From Amoebophrya sp. A120 (Eukaryota; Protista; Dinoflagellata), in assembly GCA_905178155.1 (NCBI GenBank), contig CAJINV010000003.1:10917367-10981366 (forward strand): 64,000 bases of DNA, written 5' to 3'. A program made the position numbers and the translations under genes. The notes beneath the pieces are model-generated. The model was not told where the DNA came from, made no database searches, and saw nothing but the letters and a program-made list of their open reading frames with translations. Below are positions 12,058-25,600 of the stretch, piece by piece; positions within the stretch are counted from its first letter, which is position 1; each line of letters begins with the position of its first letter.

Positions 12058-15000
12058 ATGAATAACGGCCCCTGCGGATCGTTTTCAGTGGCTCGTCACT
12101 TCTTTTTGTGTCTGTTGCTCCAGCTCGCAAATGTCTCTCTCCGGCGGGGCGACGCCGTCGCGGCAGCTGCAGCTGCGCCGGACTACTCCGTGGCGGCAGC
12201 TGCTGCAGGTGCGCCGGACGCAGACTTGTTAGAAGCAACGCTTGATGTGGGTGGGCATCCGCGCGTTACGTCCACCGAGAAGAGTCCTCTTCAAAGTAGT
12301 GGCTCAGCACCTACACAAGACGAAGACAAGAAGATGAATATCATAACTTCATCCTCAAAAGTAGCAGCAGCAGCACCATTCGTCGCGTCATTATCGGGCG
12401 GGGGTAGCACCACCACCGTGAACACGATTGAACTGCCGGAAATAAATCCGGTAACTGCGAGAACAGCACGAACGCTGCAGAGTAGACCAGGCGAGCATGA
12501 GGGTGTAGCGTCGCCGCAGCAAATTTTTATACCGATCCAAGATCCACTCCACGAAGAACAGACACAGCCCGGTGACGCGAACCCTCAGACCTTGACCGGA
12601 AACGTATGAGAGTGCACAGCTCCACCTCCGCCCTGTCATTTCCATTAGTTGTGTATGGCACAAACAGCGAAGAGCGACAGAAATACTAAGAGAATGATGA
12701 AACATCCCGCATTCGCCCCTGGGTGCTGATCTTGATAAATTCATTTACTCTACACGCGGAATAGGGTAGGTACAGGTCGTACAGTTTGGACGTGGAGTGC
12801 TTGTGGTATAGCTTGTCATGAGGACTAGGCCTCACCAAGAACAGCAGGGGTTGTAAATTTGCATGTTCTCGGCCGCAGGTGAGTTAGAGGAGAAGTTGTG
12901 CACTGTCATAACACGGTTCGTGGGCCTCTCTTCTAGAGCAACACGGAACCGGACCAGGAGCAGCCCCCTCGCGACTCGTCGCATCGCAGCCCGGTGCATC
13001 AGATGCTGCGGCTTCGAAGACAGTAGCATCTGAAGTAGATCCACGATGGGCCGCTGAGCAGGAGCTGCCAGTGGTGCGGAGCAGTGACGGTAGCAACACG
13101 TCGGGGCGGGTATCAAATGGACATGTCGCACGGACTTTTGAATCTGTTGCTCAGGAAAGGCAAAGGGAAAGGACTGCTGACCCAGACGCAGTGGAGCACG
13201 GAGAAGCTGGAACAGAAGATCTCGTAAAGAAGCCCCTATCCTTGTCGTCTTCATCTGTAAGTGTAAGCAGCAACCGCAGAGAAGTTCACGAGCAAGCGCC
13301 AAGGGAAGATAGCGCAGTGCTCGCACTACAGAATAAGTTCCAGAAGGAAGAAGTTAAGGCTGGCGATCAGAAATCTGCCACCGAAGGTCGCGATCAGGTT
13401 CAGGATAATTGGTCTTCATCAGGATCAGGAGCTCGTAGTGTGGAGGAGAAAGAAGGAGCTGCTCTCCTGGAGGGCGACCCATCACACAACCGCGGCGCCG
13501 ACATAGTAGCGACGGCACCGACCACGTCGCCAAGCCGAACTTCACCAGTTATAAAGAATCACAACGAGGAGCATGGTCCTCCTCTCGGCCTGGAAATTCC
13601 ATCAACAAAGGCAACAGCTTTGCCACCGAGCACCAACAAAATTTTCCTCGAAAAAACAACAAGCACCGCCAAACCGCAGAGCTTCCTCGGCACCTCGGCG
13701 AGCAAAATTAGTACCAGCAGTAGTGTAGCTAGCAAAAGTAATAGGGCGCACGGAAAAGTGGATGTTGACACCACGGTCACGATCGATCTAGCGGCCAACG
13801 GCCTCCTGGCAAATGCGAGTGGTTCAAATTCTTCGAATAACAATTCGAATACTACGGGAAACAGCTCCGTCGCTGTCGTAGTGTCTCCAACGATGAAGAG
13901 TGTTGCTCCCGCCCTTGCGCCATCTCAGCATCTGGTCAACAAATATTTTTCTCCCCTGCAGTATCGAAAGAAAGAAAATTTACAGTTGCGCATTTGATGT
14001 AGCTTCACCTTCAGCAATTGACAATAAATTTTCTCTGTGTGGCAGAGAAACTTGCATCAATGCAGAGATCATAAGGGAAAATACGCATGAGGCTGTGCTC
14101 TTGTGCATATCCGGCATGAGAGGGCTTGTCTCTCATGCTTGTCCCGCAACACTATGTGTAACTGTAGCGCTTTTTTCTTGGCATATGCAGGGAATAACCA
14201 ACGATCTCTACAATGTCTTTGGCGGAGGTGGGGGATCTACTATGCAATTCTCAAGCGTTACATTCGCAATTGCTGCGTGGATTTGTGACGCAAGAAAAGC
14301 AAAACGGAGGAGGTTGATGCACGTCTAGCATAACAAATTCGGCACGGGAGATGTCCATGCGCATGTTGTCTAGCTCTTCAAAAAATTGCCGTGCGAAGTA
14401 GTTTCACCTTGTGGACGTTCATGCTAATTTGCGTGGCAAATCATGTGACAGCTCTTGAGAATGTAGTGCCTGCGAATCCCATACCCACAGCACCGACCAT
14501 GCAGTCGAGGGAGGAGGCTGCCAGCATTGGCATTGGCTCTGGCTACGACCTATTGCGGGACGAGCGTCGGGCCCCCGCACCTCTTTTGACTCGCCGAGGC
14601 AACGACACTACGCAGGTGAGTCAGCTGTCTTTTTATTGTTGCTTGCAGCAACGATGGACCGGCACCGGGGCGAGGACGAGTTTTTGTGTCCCTAGTAGGT
14701 TATTTACCAAGAATCACATAGACATACCCGCTTACTCAGTACGGCTAGGGGCAAATTACTGTTGAAATATCAAGAGCATGATTATTCAATAGCATCATGG
14801 TCTTCACATTGACGAGAGACAGAGACTCCATACCCCACATCAACGAACCGATCTGATTACAGGCTGATGCCTTCTCAGTGAAAGACGCCATTTTGACACG
14901 AACCGGACTTCTGGTGCGTGAAAGTACCGGGAACGGCGAGCTAGAGGGGCCTGGATACGACCGAAGTGACGTCACGCAGTCCGAACGGCGCACGCCCATT

Positions 15001-17548
15001 ATTCTGAGCCGGATGTCGCCGTACAGCCAGTACAAAGCGGATCCCGGGCCGGCAACGGATCCGAAGAAGTACCTGGACAGCGACCTTTACCACCGGGAGC
15101 TCATCATCCGGGACGATAAATATCGCATCCTGTACTTTTACATACACGTTCTATTTGGTAGTTCGTAGTCGGCTGCTGCGTGATTTCGTGTCAGTTGTCC
15201 ACTCCTTGCAGGGGCTCATAAATTTGTTCCTTCGTATTTTCTGATGTTGATAAGCTTCCTTTTTGTGTGGCTTTGCCTTTGGTGTTCTAGAATTATATAT
15301 TCATGAGGTCAAGAACAACTGCAAGGCATTGCATTGTTCGTTTTTCTCGTGGTTTCAGGTACAACGAGGAAATGCTGCGCGCTCGGCGACTACTGATCGA
15401 CAACGCGAAGCGGGATCCTCAGCGGTTGGGCTTGACCTCGAAGGTCGGTTACTGGGACGAACGTGTTTGCTCCTTCACGGGCAACGTTATTCCGTTACGG
15501 ACGTACGTCATGACCCGCGTGCCCATGCTGGATCAGCAGGCAAAAGACACCAGGACCAGGGACGGAGTGAGTGGAAGTTATCCGAACTTTCGGGTGCGAC
15601 AAGTCCCCATGCCCGAAGAACCGTGCCTACCAAAGCCCGCTCCGCTCTGGAACGCCGGTACTTATTTATCTTTTGCTGTAAAACTTGCAGCAGGTCTAAT
15701 ACGACAGTACTTGCTTTGCTGTGAGGCCAGTTTATCTTGCTTCGCATATGTTGTGTAAGTACTTCTTGAGTGATGAAGAACGGCTCCACATGAAGTTTGA
15801 CTGGTCCACGCTAGGCGGTCGCCATCGCGTACGCGCTTCCCAAATACGCACTTGGACGTGTTTCTAATTTTATGCCATCGGATTTATTATACACTCAACG
15901 ATGTTTTAGTCTAGAGGAGCTATAACACGACGCATGAGCTGCGTACGCATGATGCACCTGCAAGAGCCCTAGGCCGGCTAGGGATCTAGGTCAACTTCTA
16001 ACTAGTTTGTTTCACTAGCAAAAGCGCTAGAATCTTCATCTTGAACAAGATCCCAGTTTATACTTTAACATCCAGCAACATGATGATTATGCTCTTATCG
16101 TCCACAATCACAGCCTCGCCGCAGGGTCTCGCCTTGATGAACGCGACCAACGTCACGGGAAAAAATGCCTCCACCTCTTCGGCCTCTGCCATGTCATTTC
16201 TGGATGAGAATTACAGGACAGCAGGAGCAGCAGCACAAGGACATCAGAGAAACATCGCGCCATCTGGCAGCATGCTGCAAGCGAAAGACGTGGCGGTGGA
16301 CACCGCGGCTGAGATTTCCTTCTCCACACGGGCCAGCAACGACGAAGTTTACCGGGCACTGGCGAAAAGTAACGTACCAGCCTCGGGGACTCCTGTCTAC
16401 GACGACACTGTGCCGCCGCCAGGAACGGAATTCGACGACGACAAGGAGTTCAAGCTGGACTACGGTAAGTACATAGAAATTACGGGTGGATGAACATAAC
16501 TTGTTTAGTCTTGCCTGAGCACTAATATTTTTCGTCCCTGCAACAAAAAGGTTTACTCGACTTGTGAGAAGGGCGGTCTACTCCGTTTCGAGCAGCGTCC
16601 GCTGCTAGTGCATGCTTGTATCTTCATCGACGTATTAAGATTTTCATTCGCTACATTTATGTATGCCCGCTAATTATGTACGGGAGAAGCGTATGGTGTC
16701 TTTTTGCCGCCCTAGATGACACAGCCTCTCCTAATACATAGCTATCGACGATATTTTCGCAATTTTGAACAGCCGGCCTCGCCTTCCACAACGTTTTGGT
16801 TGAGCAGGATTGTTGGATGTTGTGCGCATATCATGTAGAAAAAAGTGCTATGCTGCAGATTGACTATACCTTTAAGTGCAGGAGACGATGCGAAAAATTC
16901 GCAACTGCTTTGCTTGCTCGGGGATGCTGGACTCGGAGCCGTATTTTCTTCCCTACTTGGGAAGTACGTATGGACTACATGAATCTTCATTATCGACGTC
17001 TAGTAGAGGAATAAAACTGAAACCTGTGAAAAATAACAAGATCAAAACCTTGTATGTAAAATCAAAAGTCGTAATACGGTGCAGCACTTTTTTCTTGCAA
17101 TACTGCACAGCATTTCAATTGTCTGACCTGGAAGTATACCAAGTGTCTCTCCGCCGAATCCTGCGGCGTGACCGCCGGAAACTGCTTCTTGTATGACTCC
17201 AGCGAAGTGGTTTTTGTGCCGGAGCCGTTGGCTGATGTAGACGCAGATCGGGCAGTGTCGATCATTAACGATGATTTCACGTTCGGGTTCCGCTTCTGCC
17301 TCACGGACCCGCCGGTGAAGTCGTTTAACCTGATGCCCTGGATCACCTTCTCGATCATGATCGTCTTCTGCTGCATGTTGGGCACGCTCTTCCGCGTTTC
17401 TCGGGAAAAAAAAGACAAGCTCGTCGCGGCAGACGCGGGCACGGCCGGTGGTGCCGCAGGGAAGAACCGACAACAAGGCGAGAATCAAATGCGCGACCTG
17501 AACACCCTGCGATGGTCACCAAAAAAGGGGTTTGTCCTGAAGCAATAG
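12058..17548 (+). CDS. Multi-exon type-I membrane/surface protein with Ser/Thr/Ala-rich ectodomain
   Basis: Signal-peptide-like start (MNNGPCGSFSVARHFFLCLLLQLANVSL), low-complexity exons, single C-terminal TM (WITFSIMIVFCCMLGTLF) and short tail ending at 17548. No family recognised. Confidence 0.55.
12605..12915 (+). mobile_element. Non-canonical TIR intron, family B
   Basis: DR ACG; TATGAGAGTGCACA / TGTGCACTGTCATA; joins ORF 12004 to ORF 13071 in frame (TGNGSWAS). Confidence 0.8.
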
Positions 17549-19695
17549 GACGGCGACTCGTGATGCTTCGACGTCGTTCTATCTGAAAACTAGGCTTCTA
17601 CTTGAGTTAGATTGTAATAAAGAATGAAAGTAACGTAAGCGAGCTCCTGCTACTAAAGCTCGAGCTCCCCGGAGTCGATAGTAATCAATGTGCATCATGC
17701 TGTGGATTTGGAGGTTTGATGTTGAAAGTCTGAGTATTATAAATTTCAATGATGAGTAAATGTTTAGCGCGAAAGTACCCCTAACGAAAAAATCTCCAAC
17801 AAATTGCAAGAGTTTTCAAATTTTCTTGTCGTCGCTCTTTTGTTGCGCGTTGCGATGGTATGGACCGAGATGCCCAGCAGGCTGGGTCTGTGGCCGGCGT
17901 GGGGGAGTTTTGGCCGCGAGGCCTGTTGAGGCCGCAGGCCCGGTGGAGCATAAAGCTTGGGGCTGACAGCCCATCGCCTCATGGCACGTGAGCCGTTTTA
18001 GTGATTATTTTGGCGATGAAAGCGCTCGCACCTTTTTTCCAAAATTCGGCCAAAAATAAATCGCAGGCGGGCCCGTTTTTCGGCGCCCAAATTTCCGGCG
18101 GACCGCAGACGGACTGCAGACGGACTGCAGACGGACTGCAGCCGGACCACACTTGTGCACGCAACAAAACAAATTGCCAAAATTCCCAAAGTGAGGCGAT
18201 TCCTTAGGGTTTTTGCAGGCTCGAGCCAATTCGGATGATTTTGTTTGCACAAAAAGGATTTGTTTTTGTAACAAGCGGAATTTGGGAAAAATTTGTTTTT
18301 GCACAAAAAAAATTTGGGAAGGCGATACGAATGGGGGGTAAGATTGGGGGTTGGAAACTTTTTTTTCCCGGGAAGCAGGACGCCACGCTGCGTGAACGCA
18401 ATCCATGTCGCGGCTGCAGAATTAGTGTTGTGGGCCCGGATGGTTGGGCAACCTCCCGCCCGCGCCAGGCCCACATTGCGAACGCTTCAACTTGGCAGGC
18501 CTCGGCATTTCAATTTTCCCGATCATGGCCGCAGGAAGGGCCGCGAACTTTTTGGGGATTTTCGCGACGACAAAAAAAAAACAAATTTGTTGGAATCAGA
18601 TTCCTTAGGGCAACTTTCTACCCAAAAATGTAAACAAGTGACGTGTAGTTTGTATCTATCGTCCCTAACTTGTAGTTGCTTTGCGTTTGCCCTTGCTTCA
18701 TTTTTTGTACGATTACGGATTCAAATCTGCGTTCTTCCCGGGTCTCTCGCGAAGAGCGCAATGCGCTATATGAATTCGATGCGAAGAACTCTGAATCTTT
18801 TTTCTCCGACTTGAATCCAATCCTACGGCGGGATATATCAGGAAGACCCAAGCGAAAGTTAGCAATTGTAGGATTTTTGGGGTTTTTAGCTCCTGCATGG
18901 TCCTCCTGACGTAGGAAAACAAGAAGAGACTTGATTGTATCAAAGCCTTGCAAAATGTACAAGAAAACATTCACGGACCCCCAGAGTACTTCGTCTTGGC
19001 CTTCTAATTATCTCATTTTCGCGGTTTCATCCACCGTCTTTGCAGATGAAGGATAGAAGCCACTTTTTTTTGCGTATGCGCGTTGTGGTTTTTGAGTGAG
19101 TTCATCCAGGAGGTGTCCCTGTGTGCTATGGCGTCCTCTGTCTTTTTGAGCGAACAGTGAGAAGGTGTCGACGAATTGGCTTTCTTTGTTTATTGTGGTC
19201 GGTGCTGTTTGCAGCGATTGCGAGGTGGCGGGTTGTGATGATGATGGTGATGATGCGCTGACTTACCACCGGTACTACAGACCTGTACGAAAGGCAGCGC
19301 CTTCTGTTTTATTGCTTCCCTCTGTTCAACATTTCCACCATCAAAGACCAAAATCTAGAAGACGTTTACTCAGTCACTCTATTGCAATCGCTTTCGAAGG
19401 TCGCTGTGCATTAACGACCAGAAAAAATGCAGATGCATTCAGTCGGCGTCGGTCGAGTCTGATCGCTTCAATCCTCGCAGTGACCGGAAGAACGAAGGAG
19501 GGGGGGCTTGGACTTGCGGGGAGCAGCTGCGAGGAGTGGGCAGTGACTGCACGGCTGCTTACCCGCCAGGACGCTGCACACTTCTGAGGTTTGTCGCTTG
19601 TACGCGGTCCCGGGAAGAAGTGTTTGATACTCCGGCTTGCCGTGTTTCATTACGTTGTAATAGTTCCAAACCCGCCGACCAAGACGAACAACAAG

Positions 19696-22600
19696 ATGTC
19701 GCAGCGGCAGATTCATCCGGCCACGGGCAGCCAGAGCATGGCACCGCGGAAAAGCATGGTGGCCACGCCGTTGACAAACTTCGGCAGTATTGGAGGACGT
19801 CGAAACTCGAAGGACAATCTGGGCGTGATCCCGAGCTTCATCACAGACCAGGACCAAAGTTGGCAGCGCGCGTCCTCAGCTTCGGCGAAGGGCGGCGACC
19901 TTTTCCGTATCGTGTGTAGTCCCTGTTGTTCACGGTCAGAAAAAGTCACAGCATACCTGAAAAATGTAAAACCCAGTCGTGGGAGGTGACTTATAATGAT
20001 ACGCGGTTCGTCTACTTCGTCCTGCTGTAGTTCTATGTCTCAGCGTAGTTGTGGGCATCGGCCCTACTTGCTCCTAGGGAGAAAGCCGAGCTCTCGTCAG
20101 GACGAGATGGAGCCATCTTATTGCGATACCCTTAATTTTCAATTTCGATTACAGCTCCCGGGGCGTGTGCAAGTACAACTACACGTAGCTCATTTTTCAG
20201 TCTCGGGTATACTAGCTGCACATTCATGTTCACAAAACAGCGATGAGTTTACTTTTTACAACAAATATCAGCGGCGGGTGAGGGCTCCCCCGCACGAGAC
20301 AGCAGCTTGAAGCGAAACAGTCGAGAAAGCCAACAAGAGCAGGCAGCTGTGTCACCGGCCCGCTCACACCGGCGGTCAAGCACAATCGAGAGCAGTACCG
20401 GGGAGCAATTAATCGTCGCCCCCGAAGTACCAAATGCAAGGGTGTCTGGGGCTGGAACAAGAGAGAAATTTTGGCCCGTGCGTGTCATGCATCTTTTGGC
20501 TTACACACACAGACCGACGAGAGAGGTATTGTTGATCGACGCTCGTCGTCTGCAGATAAAGCATACAGGTTCTTCTTCTGTGCAAACCTCTTGATGCATG
20601 ATGCTTGTCTCGCATGAGAATTTTTCGATCGCTGAGTGCGCGTCAACAAATCAATGGGGAGCTTTTGGCGCTCAACTATGCAACACGAATTTTGAATTAT
20701 AAAAGGAGACTCATCAGACAGAAGGTTCAGCAACTCAACAAATACAAGTTTGCATCTGTGTCCGAGATCCATCTGCGCCAGACATATTTGCAATGCATGT
20801 GAAGAGGAGACGTACGAGATGCGGGGTCTGCTGATCAACGTGTGCATCTCCGTTCTCCTCGGCGTTCTTATCGGGGTGTGCGGTGCGATGTTTCACAACG
20901 CTGTGCACCTGATGAAGGTGTTTTTTCGTGTCGTGCTAGGGTCGGCGATGGTGGACGCGTTCGACTACGGACCCTACATTTTCATCCACATGTGGTAAGA
21001 TACCAATCTTGCTACTATTTCTCATTTTCATCATGCGTCGACACATAAAAATCGTCGCTCGCCGTCAGTTGTGTTTTTGTCTCTTTTCATCATAAATAAA
21101 TTCGCGTCCTGTGGTGCTGTGCTGCTGTCACCCATTGATTTGGTGTCGTATGTCAGAATATGCAGCACTCCCTACGTCGTTTTTCTACCTTGGGAGGCAC
21201 CAGCACCAGCAGGACAAACCATACGCAAGACATTAAATGAAGAAAATGTTGCAGTCAAGTCGGATGATGTTATCACGCAGGTTGGGAGCTACAGCTTGCT
21301 CGATGGTTGTGTCCTTTATCACAAGGCACATGTGCCCCGAATGCATCGGAGGCGGGATGGTCGCCACCAAAATCTGCATCTGTTTGTCTTGTATGCAGTG
21401 CAAATGCAAAAGTGTAATTTGCTCGTGCAAAAAATTGCATAAATTTGGGCTATTTAGATGAAATTCATGTGGGGCTTCGACTTGTATCGCTGATGCGGGA
21501 CCAGGATGTTAATATGAAAGATGCATGGAGGGTGCACGAATTGGCACGAGCGCGTTACGTTTGCAATGTATATCTTCTCCGATCCAGCTGCAGATTATTG
21601 CTTACCGCTTTGTTGTACAAAATTTTGCTTTTCGTTTTTTAGATGTGCGTCATGATTTGTCGTGTAATTGCTTATAGTTATGATGTAGATCATGTGCCGG
21701 CGCCCGCACGGCCACTAGGTTAAAATTTTGTTTCGTTCTGTTGTTGAGTTCTCTAATAAAGTCTGTAAACAGCAGGACCTGTAGTGCTACAATTTGTTTC
21801 GCGAACCAAAGCGAAATCTTATTGCGCAACATCAACAGCTCTCCGCAATTTACATCGGGGGAGGAAGTCCTCTGGGTATCGAAGCGCCAACGTTTCACCT
21901 GTCTGCCGCGCTTGCAAGCAACGCCAACAAATTTATTGAGCGGCTCGACAACACGATTCTGAATGCCGACACCATGCCGCAAATCGTTCTTATCGGCTGC
22001 GTTGCGGGACTAAGTCAAGCCTTCAATACGCCCATCGGGAGCCTCCTGTTTGTCCTCGAAGAGTTCGACTTCGTCCGCCGCTCCCATATTACGTTTGTTA
22101 TGATCGTCGCCTGTTCGGTCCCGGCAACGGCGGTGAGCTTGTACTTGAAAAAAGCCTTCGACCTCCACTCCAGCTTTCTGGCACTGCCGCCCCCGGAGAA
22201 CCTCGCGAGTGACGGTATAAAAATTACTCAAGCTAGTCATTGACATTGTCTTTTTGTGAATGCGATTGTAAAGAAAAGAAAGAACGTGATAATTAAGTAT
22301 ATATATCCAGACACAGTAGATCCGATCCCGATGGCGAACGTGTTGCGGCGCGCTGCCGCGCCGAAAAAAATAGCTGCAGCGCCAGTGGTCCACTACGTCG
22401 AAGGACACCAGTAAAAGCAAATCAAGCTCGAGCAAGTGCACGAGGACGATCATTTTCTTTCATAAAGTTACCAACACATTGAAATTTAGTACGAAAAATG
22501 CACTAATAAACGCGACGACAAATTGTAGATGTCTCCCTCCTTCTCCTGTACCTCTACGCGGGTTTGATTGGGGCGATCACCAGCATGTTTTCGGAGCTGT

Positions 22601-25600
22601 TTTCGACCCTGGTCTTGCGGTTCCGCAGCCGGTTCGCGACCTTTGTGTCCAGTTTTGAGGTTGAGGGCGAGGACGAGAGCGACCACCGAGTCGGGGAGGA
22701 GGAGATGAGTTCCTTCCCGATATGCATTGCAACCATGTCTGGGTCTGGACGAAAACTACAACTTCTTGTGCCGCAACCTGTACTGAAACTAGTTGTGTTG
22801 CGCGGGTACTAGCAGAAGATTCCCGTAATTTTCATTTCGACCATGCTGAAGTGGTACAGTATTTTTCATGCGATGAAATAGGCAGTGGCAATGCAGTTGC
22901 AAAGTCATCAACATAATATACAAAACCTGTGATGTTGTGCCCTACAACATTCCGGATACCTTGGAGCACGAACATGATCCGAAATCAGCAACAGCATGAC
23001 AAACTGCTGCACTCATCAAGACGAGCCAGGCATGTTTGCAATTCATACCCGACAACCACGAACAACAGCGACCCGAAAAGCACCAAGGCGAATCAAGACC
23101 GGAGGTTGTCGCTGGACAGTGACGACATGTTGGGAAAGAGCGACTCGGGCTGCTCGGGCTTTCCGCCTTCGTCCTCCGATCCGCCGGGGTCCGAACCCCG
23201 CACCGTGAACCGGTTTTCCGGCGTGTCGAACATGACGCCTCCGCCTAATGCTTTTGGCGGGAACAACAGCGTCTCGGCCGCGAGCAGTCCCGGCGCCGGC
23301 GGGCAAACCGCTGGTGCCGCACCTGCAGGACCCACTTCCGCAGTGGTCGTTCCTGGGATGGTCAACAATGCTGGCGTATTGACATCTGGTCCTGTTCCTG
23401 GCGGAGGAGGTGGCCAGGGAGCGGGCGCCACACCCAGTGGCAGTTCCAACAAGCAAGACGTCAGCACCAGCAGTTCCCACGTCGAGCCGGACAAGGACAA
23501 CTCAAGTTCCTCCAACGCCGACGGAGTTGGAAATGGTGCTGGTGGAAGTTGTATTAATCACGTGTTTGCGATGAACAACCAAGTTGTAGTTGTTCCTACT
23601 TCCACAGGACCACAGCCAGCGCACCAAATGAACAACGCGAGCGCGGCTGGTGCTGGAGGCCCGATAATAATACCAACGGTCCACCGAAACCCGAGCGGAA
23701 ATGCCTCCAGCATAGACCCGGACGCCTTTAACCAGGGGTCGGGGGGCGCAGCGTCTCTGAGTTCTCTGTCCGCTTCGACGAGCGCGGGCAAGACAACCAG
23801 CAAGTCGAAGCCCGGACAAGCAGCAGGGTCACAGATCAGTACGGTGTCGCCCACGGCGGCTGCGCAAGGTGGGCGTATGACCATGACAAACTTCAACCAG
23901 AACAACCCAAACGCGCCCTACGGTGGCGGCGCCGCGGCGCAGATCTCGGGGCAGGCACTCGTGACCAGTATTACCGGCCTCAAGAGGCGCTTTTTCTCTT
24001 TCGAGAAGATTAAACTGAAGCGCACCGAGCGGGGCTACTTTCTCCTGAACGTACTCGCGGGCAGCGTGGTGGGCGTGTGCGGAATTATCGTGTACAATGT
24101 TTCCCGTTCGCAAGCAAACATCGCCTGCAACCAGTGGAAAAAGGAGTGCCCCGACTCGTGGGGCACAGGCGAGCAGTTGCTGGAGTATCTCCACCGCAAG
24201 GCCCACCAGGCTGCCAATCGCAACGATGGCGGTGTAGTGAGAAGGATGAGCAGGCGGGGCACGAACGCACAAACGGTTCTTGAGGAGCAGGGAGTTGTAG
24301 TAGAAGAAGAAAGGGCGGCGCAGCTGCGGCAGCTGCGCGCCGGAACTCCATCCTCTAGGATTTTTCCGGAGCAGACGCGCAGGAGGAGCAGAAATCGACC
24401 TCCGATACGCAGCTATAGCGCAACATCTACATCGTCTACCTCTGCACAACACGGAGAAAATCGTGATCGTCCAAGTCGTGGACTGCAAGCTACTGGAAGA
24501 GCAGAGCTCCCTTCGTATTTTTCCCCTTCGGAAGCCGAAATACAAAGAGAGCCGCTGGGAGCTGCTCCTGCGTCTGCGCGGCCACTAAGTGGAAGTAGAC
24601 CATCGGCACAAGAAGAAAGCAACTTTTTTCCGAGGGCGGAAGATTTCCAAGGTACTGGCAGGGCGCATAGTTTGCACGAGGGTACTAGCTGGGCGAGCAT
24701 TGGTCGAAAACTTATGCAGACCTCCGGCGAGACCAGAGAAACGGCGCCGCGCGCAAGCATCGTCGAGAATGATCAACTTCAACCACGAAAACAAAAAACG
24801 ACATCGCCAAAGAACCTGCTGCACCGGTCATCTCGATTATTGTCTAAAGGACCAGCTGATGCTTCTTTTTCGTCAGCAGATGTTGGCAAGAAGGTCGACA
24901 TAGGTATTGAGGAAGATGATGAAGTAGGTACTGAGCAGCACCACATCTTTGCCAGTGATTCCTTTCGGACGTCCTCGTCTTCTATCTATCCCAGTGCGCC
25001 GCCGCGTTTCCGTGAGCGGAGCCAGAACCCGCCTCATTTACTTCGCGATGGGGATGTAGAACAAGAAAAAAGGTTGATGATGTACAGCAGATATCATCAT
25101 GATTCTAGGCGAGGGCTTTTGACGAGCCCGGAGGACGAGGAACAAGAGGCGCTCTTCTCATCATCAACACCGGAGTACTTTTATGAGCAGCACGACCACC
25201 TGGAGCCCCTTCAACAACTCCGAGCATCACCACAAAGGCAGCTCGGTAGTAGCACATTTGTTGACTACGGTGACATTCCCATTAGCAGCATGGCGCTGAC
25301 GTATTTCGTGGTGGGGTTTCTGAAAATGATCGCGGTCGCGGTTTGCACAGCGGCTGGTGGCAGCGGTATCCTGCGGAAAAAGTGTTCCACCGCCACGGTT
25401 ATTGCATTGTGTTTGTGATGATGTTGTTGTTGGCCGGTTTTTTGCATACCAAACCTGTCATGCGCGCTTCCCAAGAAGTACGGGATATTAAACGGCTGAA
25501 AAAGCTGGCCTCTCTTGCATTTCGATTTCTGGCAACCGAAAAAGTTGTGAGTGTCGTGATCTTGCATGTTCAGTATAAGGACGTGGCAATGGAGCAGTTT

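Noticed and set aside
18198-18610. TTAGGG telomere-like sequence
   Set aside because: Two isolated hexamers, not a tandem array.
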